A stretch of 64,000 nt of DNA, from contig JBBAPZ010000004.1 of NCBI GenBank assembly GCA_040400605.1, forward strand, positions 144,821 to 208,820, in the 5' to 3' direction. Below are positions 48,716 through 58,250 of the stretch, in pieces. Every line of letters begins with the position of its first letter. The stretch's first letter is position 1. The DNA is from Candidatus Sericytochromatia bacterium. Its GTDB lineage: Bacteria; Cyanobacteriota; Sericytochromatia; S15B-MN24; JAQBPE01. A model generated the notes under the pieces. That model did no database searches and was not told the DNA's origin. It was given only the letters and a program-made list of their open reading frames with translations. Both the position numbers and the translations under genes were made by a program.

Positions 48716-49795
48716 GTGCGTTTGACCATCCTTGATCGCTACATACTCACGGAATTGATTGGCCCGTTTATGATCGGGGTCTCCGGTTTCTTGGTGATGT
48801 TTACCCCCATCATCTTGATACCCCTCGCGGACCTCATCATCCGCGCTGGTGCGTCTGTGAGCGATGCTGCGCAACTGTTGTTCTACAATTACCCATACCT
48901 GATGGTACTGGCGCTGCCAGTGGCCTTTTTGTTCGCCACCTTGCTCACAATCGGGCGGATGACCAAGGACTTTGAAATCATCGCCATGCGGTCGGCCGGC
49001 ATGAGCCTGAAACGCATTGTGGCGCCCATCTTGCTTACCTCGCTCGTGCTATGCGCAGCGGCCTATTATCTTAACGAAACGGTTGTGCCCTATGCCAACA
49101 AACAAATCAACCTGACCGTGCAACGGATGACCAAATCCCTCGCCAGGCCGCCGATCAAGGAACACACATTTTTCCAGGGAACAGACGGTCGCTATTTTTA
49201 CATCCGCGATGTCAAACCCAATGGTGTCATGAGTGGCGTATTTGTTTTTGACAAGACGCGTGAAGGATTGCCACAGGTGATTCATGCTGAGCGGGCACGT
49301 TGGATTGACAAGGTTTGGCGTTTCGAGTTCGGGACCCATTATCGTTATAACCGCGACGGCTTCATCGAGACGGAGGTGGCTTTCAAGACGATGGATATCC
49401 TGATTACGTTGAATGCCAACGAGATGATGCCCGCCGGACTGAACGCACAGGAAATGTCATCCAAGCAATTGGCTAGCCAGATCAAGGATTTGCGTAAAAG
49501 CGGCGCGGCCACGAACCAGGTGGAGGTGCAGTATTACAAGAAGTGGGCCGTGTCTTTGATCAGCTTCTTCGCGGCCTTGCTTGCAGCGCCTCTTGGACTG
49601 ATGTTCTCGCGGATGGGTGCTTACGTCGGAGTCGCTTTTTCCATCATTCTGGTGTTTGTCCATTACGTGACCATGCAAGTTACAGAAGCGATGGGTAACT
49701 ATGGCAAGATTCCGCCATTTTTTGGTGCCTGGAGCAGCAACCTCATCTTTTTGGTCATCGGCGGTTTCCTGGTATGGCGACTGGATCGACGCTGA
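48716..49795 (+). CDS. LptF/LptG-family LPS export permease
   Basis: ILDRYI..E, EIIAMRSAGMS, 3 TM - periplasmic domain - 3 TM topology, C-terminal PPFFGAW..N. Confidence 0.92.
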   Translation: MRLTILDRYILTELIGPFMIGVSGFLVMFTPIILIPLADLIIRAGASVSDAAQLLFYNYPYLMVLALPVAFLFATLLTIGRMTKDFEIIAMRSAGMSLKRIVAPILLTSLVLCAAAYYLNETVVPYANKQINLTVQRMTKSLARPPIKEHTFFQGTDGRYFYIRDVKPNGVMSGVFVFDKTREGLPQVIHAERARWIDKVWRFEFGTHYRYNRDGFIETEVAFKTMDILITLNANEMMPAGLNAQEMSSKQLASQIKDLRKSGAATNQVEVQYYKKWAVSLISFFAALLAAPLGLMFSRMGAYVGVAFSIILVFVHYVTMQVTEAMGNYGKIPPFFGAWSSNLIFLVIGGFLVWRLDRR

Positions 49796-50040
49796 ATCTT
49801 GGAGGCTTTCTTTGCCATCTGATACCTCGGCGGAGATGGGCCAGCCAATCAACGCGTCGTCAAACGCCGGTTCATCGGACAAATCGAGGTTATTCAAGGT
49901 ATGAGCGAAGACCATCGATCACAACCGCGTGACAGCACGCGACAGCTATGTTTGACGGTCTTGGCGTTACGGTGGGTTGCGTATTGCAAGCACAAACAGG
50001 CGATAGGGCAGGTGACCCCACTGCTTGGCCATTCAATCGC

Positions 50041-51297
50041 TTACGGTGTGATGATTTCACCCGTGGATGTCACGCTGCCATTTTTGATGGTCCAGATTTG
50101 GTAGTTACCGGAACTGACGTCACCACGTTCGTCGAAGTCGATGTTGCCCGCATAGCCATCGTAGTTGACGGTTTCTCCTGCGCGGAGAAGGCGCAAACCC
50201 TCAGCGATCGCTTCGGGACGAATGCGGGTGCCCGCGGGGCCCGATACCTCGCGCAATTTCATGCGGATGGCGTCGCGATCCGTGCTTTTCGCCGCCTCGA
50301 TGGCCAGCGCGAACAACATCGTGGCATCGAACGCCGCGGCTGCGCGAAAATTCGGTTGTTTGTTGAAACGCGCACGGTAGGTTTCAATGAATGCCGGATC
50401 GATTGCAGGTGCGGTGCCTTCTTTCCCTTCCAGCACGCGTGCGTCACCCACATTGTCCACCAACGACTGACTGTTCAGTCCATCCGAAAACAGCCAGGGA
50501 AGATCCAACCGGATACCCCCAAGCTGCCAATCGTTAATGATGCCGCTCCCTTCACCGGGATAACCAACCAAGACGACGGCATCCGGTTGAGCGGCCAAGG
50601 CCTGCGTCACAAAACTTTTGTAGGTGCTGTTAGGATTCGCGGCCTCCGGATAGGCAATCAAGTTGGCACTTGCCCCCGCGTTTTTTTCAAAGTTTTCTTT
50701 CAAGGTTCGCGACAGCCCATTGCCATACGTGCTGTCGACGTGAATGACGGCCAACTTTCGATAACCCTTTTTAAAGGCACGCGCCGCAAGCACCTTGCCT
50801 TGGAGCGCATCATTCGGAACCGTCCGAAAAAAATAACCCTTTGAATCAACCTGCGTCGGATCCGTGAGCTCGGGCGCTGTCGCCGAGGGTGACATAAACA
50901 CAATTTGATTGACGGCAGCCTGGTTCAGGATCACCTCGCGGGAAATGCTGCTGGAATTGGGGCCAACGACTGCCACAACACCGGCGCCAAGCAACTTGTC
51001 ACTCACCCGAACAGCCCCGGTTTTATCGGATTGGTCATCCGCGACAACAGGGTCCAATTGGCGCCCCAAAATGCCACCCGCCGCCTTGATGCGCGCAAGC
51101 GCGAGTTCCACACCCTCCAAGGTTGCCTGACCGGCACCCGTGCCAGAAAATGACGATAACACCCCCAGCTTGATGGCGTTGCTCGTTGTGGTCAAACGAT
51201 TCGTCGGTTGCACAAAGGCACACGCACCCAGCAACGCCAAAGCAAGCGTCAAGCCCAAGGCTCGACAAGCTGTGGTGGCAGTTGAATCAAAATACAT
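50041..51297 (-). CDS. LivJ/LivK-like (Peripla_BP_6) substrate-binding lipoprotein
   Basis: Lipobox LLGAC; IKLGV, AGGILGR, DDQSD, VVGP.SS, SPSAT, FFRTVPND, YG.G, G.IDFDERGD. Confidence 0.9.
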   Translation of the reverse strand: MYFDSTATTACRALGLTLALALLGACAFVQPTNRLTTTSNAIKLGVLSSFSGTGAGQATLEGVELALARIKAAGGILGRQLDPVVADDQSDKTGAVRVSDKLLGAGVVAVVGPNSSSISREVILNQAAVNQIVFMSPSATAPELTDPTQVDSKGYFFRTVPNDALQGKVLAARAFKKGYRKLAVIHVDSTYGNGLSRTLKENFEKNAGASANLIAYPEAANPNSTYKSFVTQALAAQPDAVVLVGYPGEGSGIINDWQLGGIRLDLPWLFSDGLNSQSLVDNVGDARVLEGKEGTAPAIDPAFIETYRARFNKQPNFRAAAAFDATMLFALAIEAAKSTDRDAIRMKLREVSGPAGTRIRPEAIAEGLRLLRAGETVNYDGYAGNIDFDERGDVSSGNYQIWTIKNGSVTSTGEIITP

Positions 51298-53422
51298 AGC
51301 CCATCCTCACCATCCAGGCTCTGCCGCGACCAGGATAATCAATGCCCCCGAAACCCGGTTGAGCATAGACCGCATCCAGTGCATTGCTCACTTTAAACTG
51401 TGCCATGAGCGGCCCCCAAGGCGTTTGCCATTCACGTCTGGACAACGTTGCGTCGATGAGACCATACCCAGGCAATTCATACGCGACACGTCCATTCGCA
51501 TAATAATTGGTCTGCGTGGCTGGAATGGCTGTGACATAGCGCGCTTCCAGATAGGCGTGCAACGACCACAGGCCCAATGGCGCACCGATTCCGAGATTGA
51601 GGGTGCCTGTGGGATACGGCTCTCGCAAATTCAAGACATCCAGACCAATCACCGTGGCCTCCGCGGGGTTGATCACATTCGCTGCGGTCTGAATCGCAGC
51701 ATTCAACGTTCCGTGCAGGATACCCGCACGCCACTTGAGTTCGGATTCAAGGCCAATCGCATCCAACGCATTCTGGTTGACGGCTCGGGCATTGCCCGCT
51801 TCTGACACAAAACCGATTCTATCGGTCAAGCGCATCAAATAGGCATTGCAGATACATTCCAAAAAACGGCTGGGCTGCCAATAAAGCGCTGCCTCAACGG
51901 TTTGCGCGCGCTCGGGTTTTAACTGCTGATTGCCCAACACATCCCCAAAAATGAGCGATCGTGCAAACAACTGCTGTGGCGACGGCGCCATAAAGGACGA
52001 ACCGTATAGCAGTTTGGCCACCAAACCTTGCGTCAGCGGGGTCACAAATCCCAAACGAGCGTTCCAAACGGGCCCGTACACGCTGTGATCGTCCAGACGC
52101 AAGCCAAGGGTCACATTCTGTTCATCAGTCGGGTGCCAGATGCCTTGGGTATAAAGGCCCAGGTTATTGAAAACGAGTGCATCACCCGCAGCACCAGCCG
52201 GTGTCTCTTCGCCTTGGCGATTCCCGCTGATGAATTGGTTGAAGTAACTCGGCAGGCGATGGAACGTCCGATTGAAGTCCGAACCAACCGTGATCGCATC
52301 GCGCGTGCCAAGTGCCATCGTCAACTCACCCGTGCCGTCAACCGCGGTGCTTGACATGTCGCGTCGCAACACGATGTCATCACGTCCAATGCCGACGCGA
52401 TCCCCCGTTACCGGTTGCCCGTGCGACACAATGACGCTCACTTGACTGCCCACCGACGGAAAAGGCTGACCACGCCACTGAGCCCGAAGCAGGCGGTTTT
52501 CCAGTACATGCCGGCTTTGATTGGTGAAAGGACGACTATCTCGAAACTCCGCCACGCTATCCAGTCGCTGAAAGCTGCCGTCAAAAGCAATCTGTCCAAA
52601 TGGCGTGGTCAATCGCCCCAGACGACCAAAAATGCTCGCCGGGCTGGCAACATCATTGCGCGTCACGGCCCCGCTGGCAGCCCACCGCGAACTCAATGGA
52701 CTGCCAGCGGGGGCTTGTAGTCCGCTTCGCTCGAATCGTGACAGTGCCGCTGCGACGACCCATTCGGCATCTTGTTCAGGATGGGTTTCACCATAGAGTA
52801 AACCCGACTCAAACTGCCCCTGATTCATGAACTGACCACCCGTTGCACTCAATTGACCACCGGCAATATCGTCTCCGCGACGCGTGATGATGTTCACAAC
52901 CCCTAAAAAGGCGTCAGCGCCATACAGCGCTGAACCTGGGCCGCGCACGACTTCGATGCGTTTGATGAGTTCCATCGGAACCAGCTCAGGGCCCAGAAAA
53001 TGCGTCGCATCCGGGCGATAGGGTACCGGCATGCCATCAATCATTATCTTGACGGAACGGCTCCAGGCCCGCTGGCCCCCAGGTATACCCCTCACACCCA
53101 CATTGGGCAATACATAATCATCCACCAGGTAAAACCCTGGCAGCGCACGCAATGCCTCAGCCACCGAAAAGTAGCCGCGCTCACGAATCTCTTGCTCAGT
53201 AACCACTGAAACAACCGCTGGCGCTTCTTCCAGCGATTGGGAACGCTTGGTGGCCACTTCGACGTTAGTATGCAGCAATGCTTCCAGATCCAGCGCATCG
53301 CCCGCCGCCTCCGCCGGTATCGAATCAGCTGCTTCAGGTTCAGCCTGGACGACTGAACAGTTGATTGCCGTTAATCCAAACGGCAACAGGGCGGATATCA
53401 GGACACGTGTGGCAGCTATCAT
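51287..53422 (-). CDS. TonB-dependent outer-membrane receptor
   Basis: Plug motifs EAPAVVSVVT..EI...G..SVAEAL..LPG and IKRIEVVRGPGSALYG..A..GVVNIIT; LKPE..QT.E; C-terminal Phe. Alternative start at 53521. Confidence 0.93.
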   Translation of the reverse strand: MIAATRVLISALLPFGLTAINCSVVQAEPEAADSIPAEAAGDALDLEALLHTNVEVATKRSQSLEEAPAVVSVVTEQEIRERGYFSVAEALRALPGFYLVDDYVLPNVGVRGIPGGQRAWSRSVKIMIDGMPVPYRPDATHFLGPELVPMELIKRIEVVRGPGSALYGADAFLGVVNIITRRGDDIAGGQLSATGGQFMNQGQFESGLLYGETHPEQDAEWVVAAALSRFERSGLQAPAGSPLSSRWAASGAVTRNDVASPASIFGRLGRLTTPFGQIAFDGSFQRLDSVAEFRDSRPFTNQSRHVLENRLLRAQWRGQPFPSVGSQVSVIVSHGQPVTGDRVGIGRDDIVLRRDMSSTAVDGTGELTMALGTRDAITVGSDFNRTFHRLPSYFNQFISGNRQGEETPAGAAGDALVFNNLGLYTQGIWHPTDEQNVTLGLRLDDHSVYGPVWNARLGFVTPLTQGLVAKLLYGSSFMAPSPQQLFARSLIFGDVLGNQQLKPERAQTVEAALYWQPSRFLECICNAYLMRLTDRIGFVSEAGNARAVNQNALDAIGLESELKWRAGILHGTLNAAIQTAANVINPAEATVIGLDVLNLREPYPTGTLNLGIGAPLGLWSLHAYLEARYVTAIPATQTNYYANGRVAYELPGYGLIDATLSRREWQTPWGPLMAQFKVSNALDAVYAQPGFGGIDYPGRGRAWMVRMGYVF

Positions 53423-53481
53423 GGCAATTGATGGCAATATTCCCCGGTCAGGGACACATTTTTCAACAAAAGTGGTCGAAT

Positions 53482-54729
53482 TTAACCCCAACCTTGCCAG
53501 GCCCACGCGCTGATCCCCCATAGTTCAACGAGGATGCCCAAACAGGTTACAAGATAGAGTATTCGAGGCGGCGCCGTGCGTGCCGCATCTGCGATGACAA
53601 CCATAAACAGTGGCCAGACATCCATAAAATAACGGCACCCAAACTGCGTAAAACCGGACCAGTAGTAAAACAGATAGGGCGTAAATGCCAACACTGCTGC
53701 GAACATGAGCAAACGATTTTCCCAGGTGCGAAAAGACGCCCAAAACAAAAGCCATAACCCGGGGTACGACAGCCAGAGTGGTGGACCGTTTAAACTGGGG
53801 TCCAACCAACGGATCGCCCAACGTGAAGCACCATCGGTTGCTCCGGGTGGCCAATGCCAAGTGACTGGCTTGGGCCAATGCCAAAAATAGTCACGGAGAC
53901 GATCACCCAGATACGAGGGGCTGAAAATACCATAAGGCGGATGGTCCTTCGCGATGAAACGGGCGTACCCATTGTCGAACCAATCATCAAAACGGAGGTA
54001 ATTGTAAAGCCCATTGATGCCCATTACCCCGCCCGTCACCAAGCCGAAATCAAACAAGCGCCGCAGGCGATCGGGCCACACGCGATCGGGCGCGCCATCG
54101 GGTGCGGCACGCCACAACCAGTACAGAAAAATTGGCATCGTTAGCACGCTCAACTGACGGGAAGAAATCGCAAGACCGAGATACAGCGCGACCAAAACAC
54201 CACGTCGAGCGCCGAGACATTCTCGGATGGCCAAACTCAGACCTAGAATGGTCACAACGTGCATCAAAAACCAGGTCGTGCCAGGCCGACCGGCAGTGAA
54301 CCATACCGGGGATCCCAGTGCCCAGAGCACAAGCAGCCAGACACGGAGTCGGGTGCTCAGTGCCAGGCGCTTCAGGATGCTCCACCAAATGTTCACGGTC
54401 AAGGCGCCAAGCGCCGCTGTCACCAAAGCCTGATGGACTGATTGCCCCCAAATGGCCACCAACGGCAACATCAACAAGGCAGGCGCAAATCCGTAATTGA
54501 GGTAGGCCCGGCCTTCATGCCAGGCCAACTCGAAGTGTCCTGGTGGATCGACAAGGTGCAGACGACCGTTCAGAAACGCATCAGCCAGGTAAACGTGCGC
54601 ATTGTAGGGTGTCACCCGCCAGCACCCTGATGCCGTGTAAATGGCAAAGGCCACCACGAAAAGGGCCAGGTGCACGCTGAAAGACCGCCAGGTTGTGGAG
54701 ATGGCCCGCTCAGGCATCACACACGTCAC
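53482..54729 (-). CDS. Polytopic membrane protein, probable GT-C-fold glycosyltransferase
   Basis: About 10 TM segments, YN..RF, QFGCRYFMD; overlaps the GT2 gene. Confidence 0.65.
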   Translation of the reverse strand: MTCVMPERAISTTWRSFSVHLALFVVAFAIYTASGCWRVTPYNAHVYLADAFLNGRLHLVDPPGHFELAWHEGRAYLNYGFAPALLMLPLVAIWGQSVHQALVTAALGALTVNIWWSILKRLALSTRLRVWLLVLWALGSPVWFTAGRPGTTWFLMHVVTILGLSLAIRECLGARRGVLVALYLGLAISSRQLSVLTMPIFLYWLWRAAPDGAPDRVWPDRLRRLFDFGLVTGGVMGINGLYNYLRFDDWFDNGYARFIAKDHPPYGIFSPSYLGDRLRDYFWHWPKPVTWHWPPGATDGASRWAIRWLDPSLNGPPLWLSYPGLWLLFWASFRTWENRLLMFAAVLAFTPYLFYYWSGFTQFGCRYFMDVWPLFMVVIADAARTAPPRILYLVTCLGILVELWGISAWAWQGWG

Positions 54730-55477
54730 GCTTCGTGCTCAAAGCCCCGGCAGGCCGCGCCTGCTCGAGACCATCAGGCCGCGGGAGGGGAGTCCGATCG
54801 AACCAACGGTAGTAGATCAGCACCCACAAGGCTTCGACGGCGTCTTTGAAGCCGATTTTTTTGCCTTCGCTGTAGGAACGACCGTGATAGCTGATCGGGA
54901 CCTCATAAATCCGAAAGCCGGCACGTGCCAACTTGACCGTTATCTCAGGCTCAAAGCCGAAACGCCGGGATTCAAGGGGCATCGCCTGAATCACTTCGCG
55001 TCGGAACATCTTGTAACAGGTTTCCATGTCAGTCAGGCTGATGTTGGTGACAATGTTGGACAGCACGGTCAAGACGCCATTACCGATTTGATGCCAATAA
55101 TTGAGTGCGCGCCTCGGCCAGCCAATGAACCGCGAACCGTAAACCACATCCGCGATGCCATCCGCGATGGGCTGAATCAGGCGGGGCAAATCGCGCGGGT
55201 CGTATTCCAGGTCGGCATCCTGCACCACCACGACGTCACCCGTCGCGAGCCGAAAACCTTGCTGCAGCGCGGCTCCTTTGCCTTGATTACGGGGCTGCAA
55301 GACAACCGTGTACTGCGTGGGATCAAGGGTCTGTAAAAAATCGCGCGTTCCGTCGGTTGAACCATCGTCCACCAGAATGAATTCGCAGGCAAAGGGCAAG
55401 GCACGAAGCTTATCGAGCACAGTCGCCAAGGTGCGGATTTCATTAAAGATGGGGACGACGATGGATACTTTCATCAT
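54710..55477 (-). CDS. Glycosyltransferase family 2 (DPM1-like polyprenol-phosphate glycosyltransferase)
   Basis: SIVVPIFNE, VDDGSTDGT, NQGKGAAL, QDADLEYDP, VYGSRF, DMETCYK, FGFEPE. Confidence 0.95.
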   Translation of the reverse strand: MMKVSIVVPIFNEIRTLATVLDKLRALPFACEFILVDDGSTDGTRDFLQTLDPTQYTVVLQPRNQGKGAALQQGFRLATGDVVVVQDADLEYDPRDLPRLIQPIADGIADVVYGSRFIGWPRRALNYWHQIGNGVLTVLSNIVTNISLTDMETCYKMFRREVIQAMPLESRRFGFEPEITVKLARAGFRIYEVPISYHGRSYSEGKKIGFKDAVEALWVLIYYRWFDRTPLPRPDGLEQARPAGALSTKRDVCDA

Positions 55478-55623
55478 GCGGCAGCAAATCCGTCTCGGTC
55501 ATTGGTGTGTTTACAGTTAATGCAAAGGGGCTTGAAGCGGGTTGACTCGCGTGTCAGAATGGCTCAGTCTAACTGATTCTCGCTGATTTGTAACGTATGG
55601 CCCAATCGGGCGTGTGAGGCTGA

Positions 55624-56808
55624 ATGCTCAAGACTGCAGAAGATGAGACTTTGTCACGGGACCTCGTCGCGTGGCGACGGCATTTTCATCGTCATCCGGA
55701 GTTGGGCTTCAAGGAACATGACACGGCGCGTTTCATTCTGGACACCTTGGCTGTGATCGGGGGTCTCGAAGTCACATATCCTGTCGCGGAAACCGGGATT
55801 GTCGCGCTTTTGCGTGGTGCCAAGCCGGGACCCACCTTGTTGGTGCGAGCGGACATGGATGCATTGCCCATCCACGAACTGAATGATGTGTCTTATCGTT
55901 CAACGCGGGATGGCGTGATGCACGCGTGTGGTCACGATGCTCATATGGCCATGCAGCTAGGGGCGATTCAGCAGTTGGTTGCGCGGCGCGCTGAGCTTGC
56001 GGGGCAGGTCAAGTTTGTTTTTCAACCTGCCGAGGAGGGGCCCGGTGGTGCGAAACCGATGATCGATGCGGGTGTCATGTTGAATCCGACGGTGGACGCG
56101 GCCATCGGGTTTCATATTTGGACGCCGTTACCTGTGGGAACGATCGGAATCACGGAGGGGCCGTGTATGGCGCACACGGACGAGTTTGAAATTAACATAC
56201 AGGGCAAGGGTGGGCACGGGGCGGCGCCGCATTTGTCCGTTGATTCCGTGGTGGTGGCGGCACACGTCGTTACGGCTTTGCAGTCGGTGGTGGCGCGCAA
56301 CGTGGATCCGGTTGAGCGTGCTGTTGTGACGGTTGGCAAGGTTGAGGCGGGCGATCGCCACAACATCATCGCGCACAGTGCGCGAATGACAGGCACTGCG
56401 CGCTCGTTTGCCCCTGCGATTGCCGACTTGTTGCCGCAGCGCGTGGGGGCGATCGCCCACCACGTCTGCGAGGCCTTCGGCGCCCGCTGCCACCTCGATT
56501 ACCGCAATGTCTATCCCGCCACGGTGAATGATCCCGACATGTGCCGCCGGGTCTGGGCCTCCGCCGAAAAAGTCGTCGGCCCAAACAAAGTCGTTGCGGC
56601 GCCTGCCAGCATGGGTGGTGAAGACATGAGTTTTTTCCTGCAGGCGGTGCCGGGCTGCTACTTTTTTATCGGCGCAGCCAACCCGGAGAAAGGGGCCAAC
56701 ATGCCCCACCACCACCCGCAGTTCGCCATTGATGAGGATGCGCTCGGCGTAGGCTGCGCGGTTATCACGCAGGCTGTCATTGATTTTTTGGCGAGCCCCG
56801 CACCATAA
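55624..56808 (+). CDS. M20-family amidohydrolase
   Basis: RRHFHRHPELGFKE, RADMDALP, MHACGHDAH, FQPAEEG, GKGGHGA.PH, GEDMS, HHHP.F. Confidence 0.95.
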   Translation: MLKTAEDETLSRDLVAWRRHFHRHPELGFKEHDTARFILDTLAVIGGLEVTYPVAETGIVALLRGAKPGPTLLVRADMDALPIHELNDVSYRSTRDGVMHACGHDAHMAMQLGAIQQLVARRAELAGQVKFVFQPAEEGPGGAKPMIDAGVMLNPTVDAAIGFHIWTPLPVGTIGITEGPCMAHTDEFEINIQGKGGHGAAPHLSVDSVVVAAHVVTALQSVVARNVDPVERAVVTVGKVEAGDRHNIIAHSARMTGTARSFAPAIADLLPQRVGAIAHHVCEAFGARCHLDYRNVYPATVNDPDMCRRVWASAEKVVGPNKVVAAPASMGGEDMSFFLQAVPGCYFFIGAANPEKGANMPHHHPQFAIDEDALGVGCAVITQAVIDFLASPAP

Positions 56809-56814
56809 GCGGTC

Positions 56815-56942
56815 CATCCATCAAGTTCGCTGATTGTTCGTTACACGTTTATTTTTAAGGTGTGGGCTATCTCGTTGAAAAGCGATTTTGCTGCCCTTGT
56901 GTTTTAGTCTGGTGGTTGCTGCCTGATCGGTGAAATTAATGG
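56815..56942 (+). repeat. Dispersed imperfect-palindrome repeat, family B, copy 3 (ends conserved, middle diverged)
   Basis: Starts CATCCATCAAGTTCGCTGATTG and ends GATCGGTGAAATTAATGG; 128 nt versus 127 nt for the other copies. Confidence 0.65.
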
Positions 56943-56990
56943 TGCGATAAGCGGCCTTCCGGTTAAAAAATTGACTTTCCGGTTCAGTTG

Positions 56991-58250
56991 TTATTGCCTG
57001 GTGGCCCAAGCGCTTTCGATGACCCAGCGTTGGGTTGTGAGTGCCTCTGCGCCCATCGGGCCCCAGGCATGCAGGCGACAGGTGCTGATGCCGATTTCGG
57101 CGCCGAGTCCGAGTTCGCCGCCGTCATTGAAGCGGGTACTGGTGTTCCACATGACGGCTGATGCCTGCACGTGGCGCTGGAAACGGCGTGCCGCGGTTTC
57201 ATCCCGGGTGAGGATGGCTTCGGTGTGTCCGGAGCCCCATTGCTGGATGTAGGCGATCGCCTCGTCCACGCCGGTAACCAGCTGCATTGTGAGGTCCAGA
57301 CTGAGCCATTCGTGCCCTTTGAAGGCATCCCCATCCGGCTTGATGCGGGTATCAAGGGCGGAAAGTTCGGGTGAGCCATGGACAGTGACGCCAGCCTCGG
57401 TGAGGGCGTCCATCAGGGGGAGGAGAAGTGTGGGGGCGATCGCCCGGTCGATGAGCACCCCCTCGGTGGCGTTACACACACCCGGGCGCTGGGCCTTGGC
57501 GTTAAGAATGACGGAAATGGCCCGTGGCACGTCACAATCGGTGTGCACGTAGGTGTGGCAGACGCCTTGCGCGTGCGCGAGCACAGGGACGCGGGCCGCT
57601 GCCTGTACGGCATGAATCAGAGCCTCGCCGCCGCGGGGGATGAGCAGGTCGACCACGCCGACGGCACCCAGCATGGATTGAAACCACTGCCGCTCGGGGT
57701 CGTCGACGACCAGCACGGCGGATAGGGGTAACTGGACGGCTGCGAGCGCGTTTTGGATCAAGGTGCCCAGGACTGCGGCGGTGCGGGCGATTTCCTTGCC
57801 CGGACGCAAGACGATGGCGTTGCCTGAAAAGATGGCAAGGGCAGCGGCTTCGATGGTGACGTTGGGGCGGGCTTCGTAGATCATGGCGATGAGTCCGAGG
57901 GGCGAACGCACCCGATAGACGCGGATACCGGAGGGTTGCTCCCCGCGGTCCTCAATGGTTGCCAACGGGTCTGGCTGAGCGGCGATTGCCCGTGCGGCGT
58001 CGGCCATCTGCTGGATGCGCCCCGCATCAAGGCGCATCCGATCGTGTCGGGCTGCGTCCAGTCCACTGGCCGTCGCTTGCGCCAAATCGTCCGTGTTGGC
58101 TGTCAGGATCGCCGCTGTGGCCGCTTCAAGCTGTTCGGCCAGTGCCATAAGAAAGACCACGCGTACCGCACCGTCTGTCGCTGCCAGCGTCAGGCTGGCC
58201 TGTCGCGCGCGCTGCAGGCATTCCAGGTGGGCGCTTGTTACCGTGCTCAT
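56991..58250 (-). CDS. proA: Gamma-glutamyl phosphate reductase (glutamate-5-semialdehyde dehydrogenase)
   Basis: PLGLIAMIYEARPNVT, SGNA, DLLIPRGG, GVCH.YV, RPGVCNA.E, SGHTEAI, NTSTRFNDGGELGLGAEIGIST. Confidence 0.96.
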   Translation of the reverse strand: MSTVTSAHLECLQRARQASLTLAATDGAVRVVFLMALAEQLEAATAAILTANTDDLAQATASGLDAARHDRMRLDAGRIQQMADAARAIAAQPDPLATIEDRGEQPSGIRVYRVRSPLGLIAMIYEARPNVTIEAAALAIFSGNAIVLRPGKEIARTAAVLGTLIQNALAAVQLPLSAVLVVDDPERQWFQSMLGAVGVVDLLIPRGGEALIHAVQAAARVPVLAHAQGVCHTYVHTDCDVPRAISVILNAKAQRPGVCNATEGVLIDRAIAPTLLLPLMDALTEAGVTVHGSPELSALDTRIKPDGDAFKGHEWLSLDLTMQLVTGVDEAIAYIQQWGSGHTEAILTRDETAARRFQRHVQASAVMWNTSTRFNDGGELGLGAEIGISTCRLHAWGPMGAEALTTQRWVIESAWATRQ

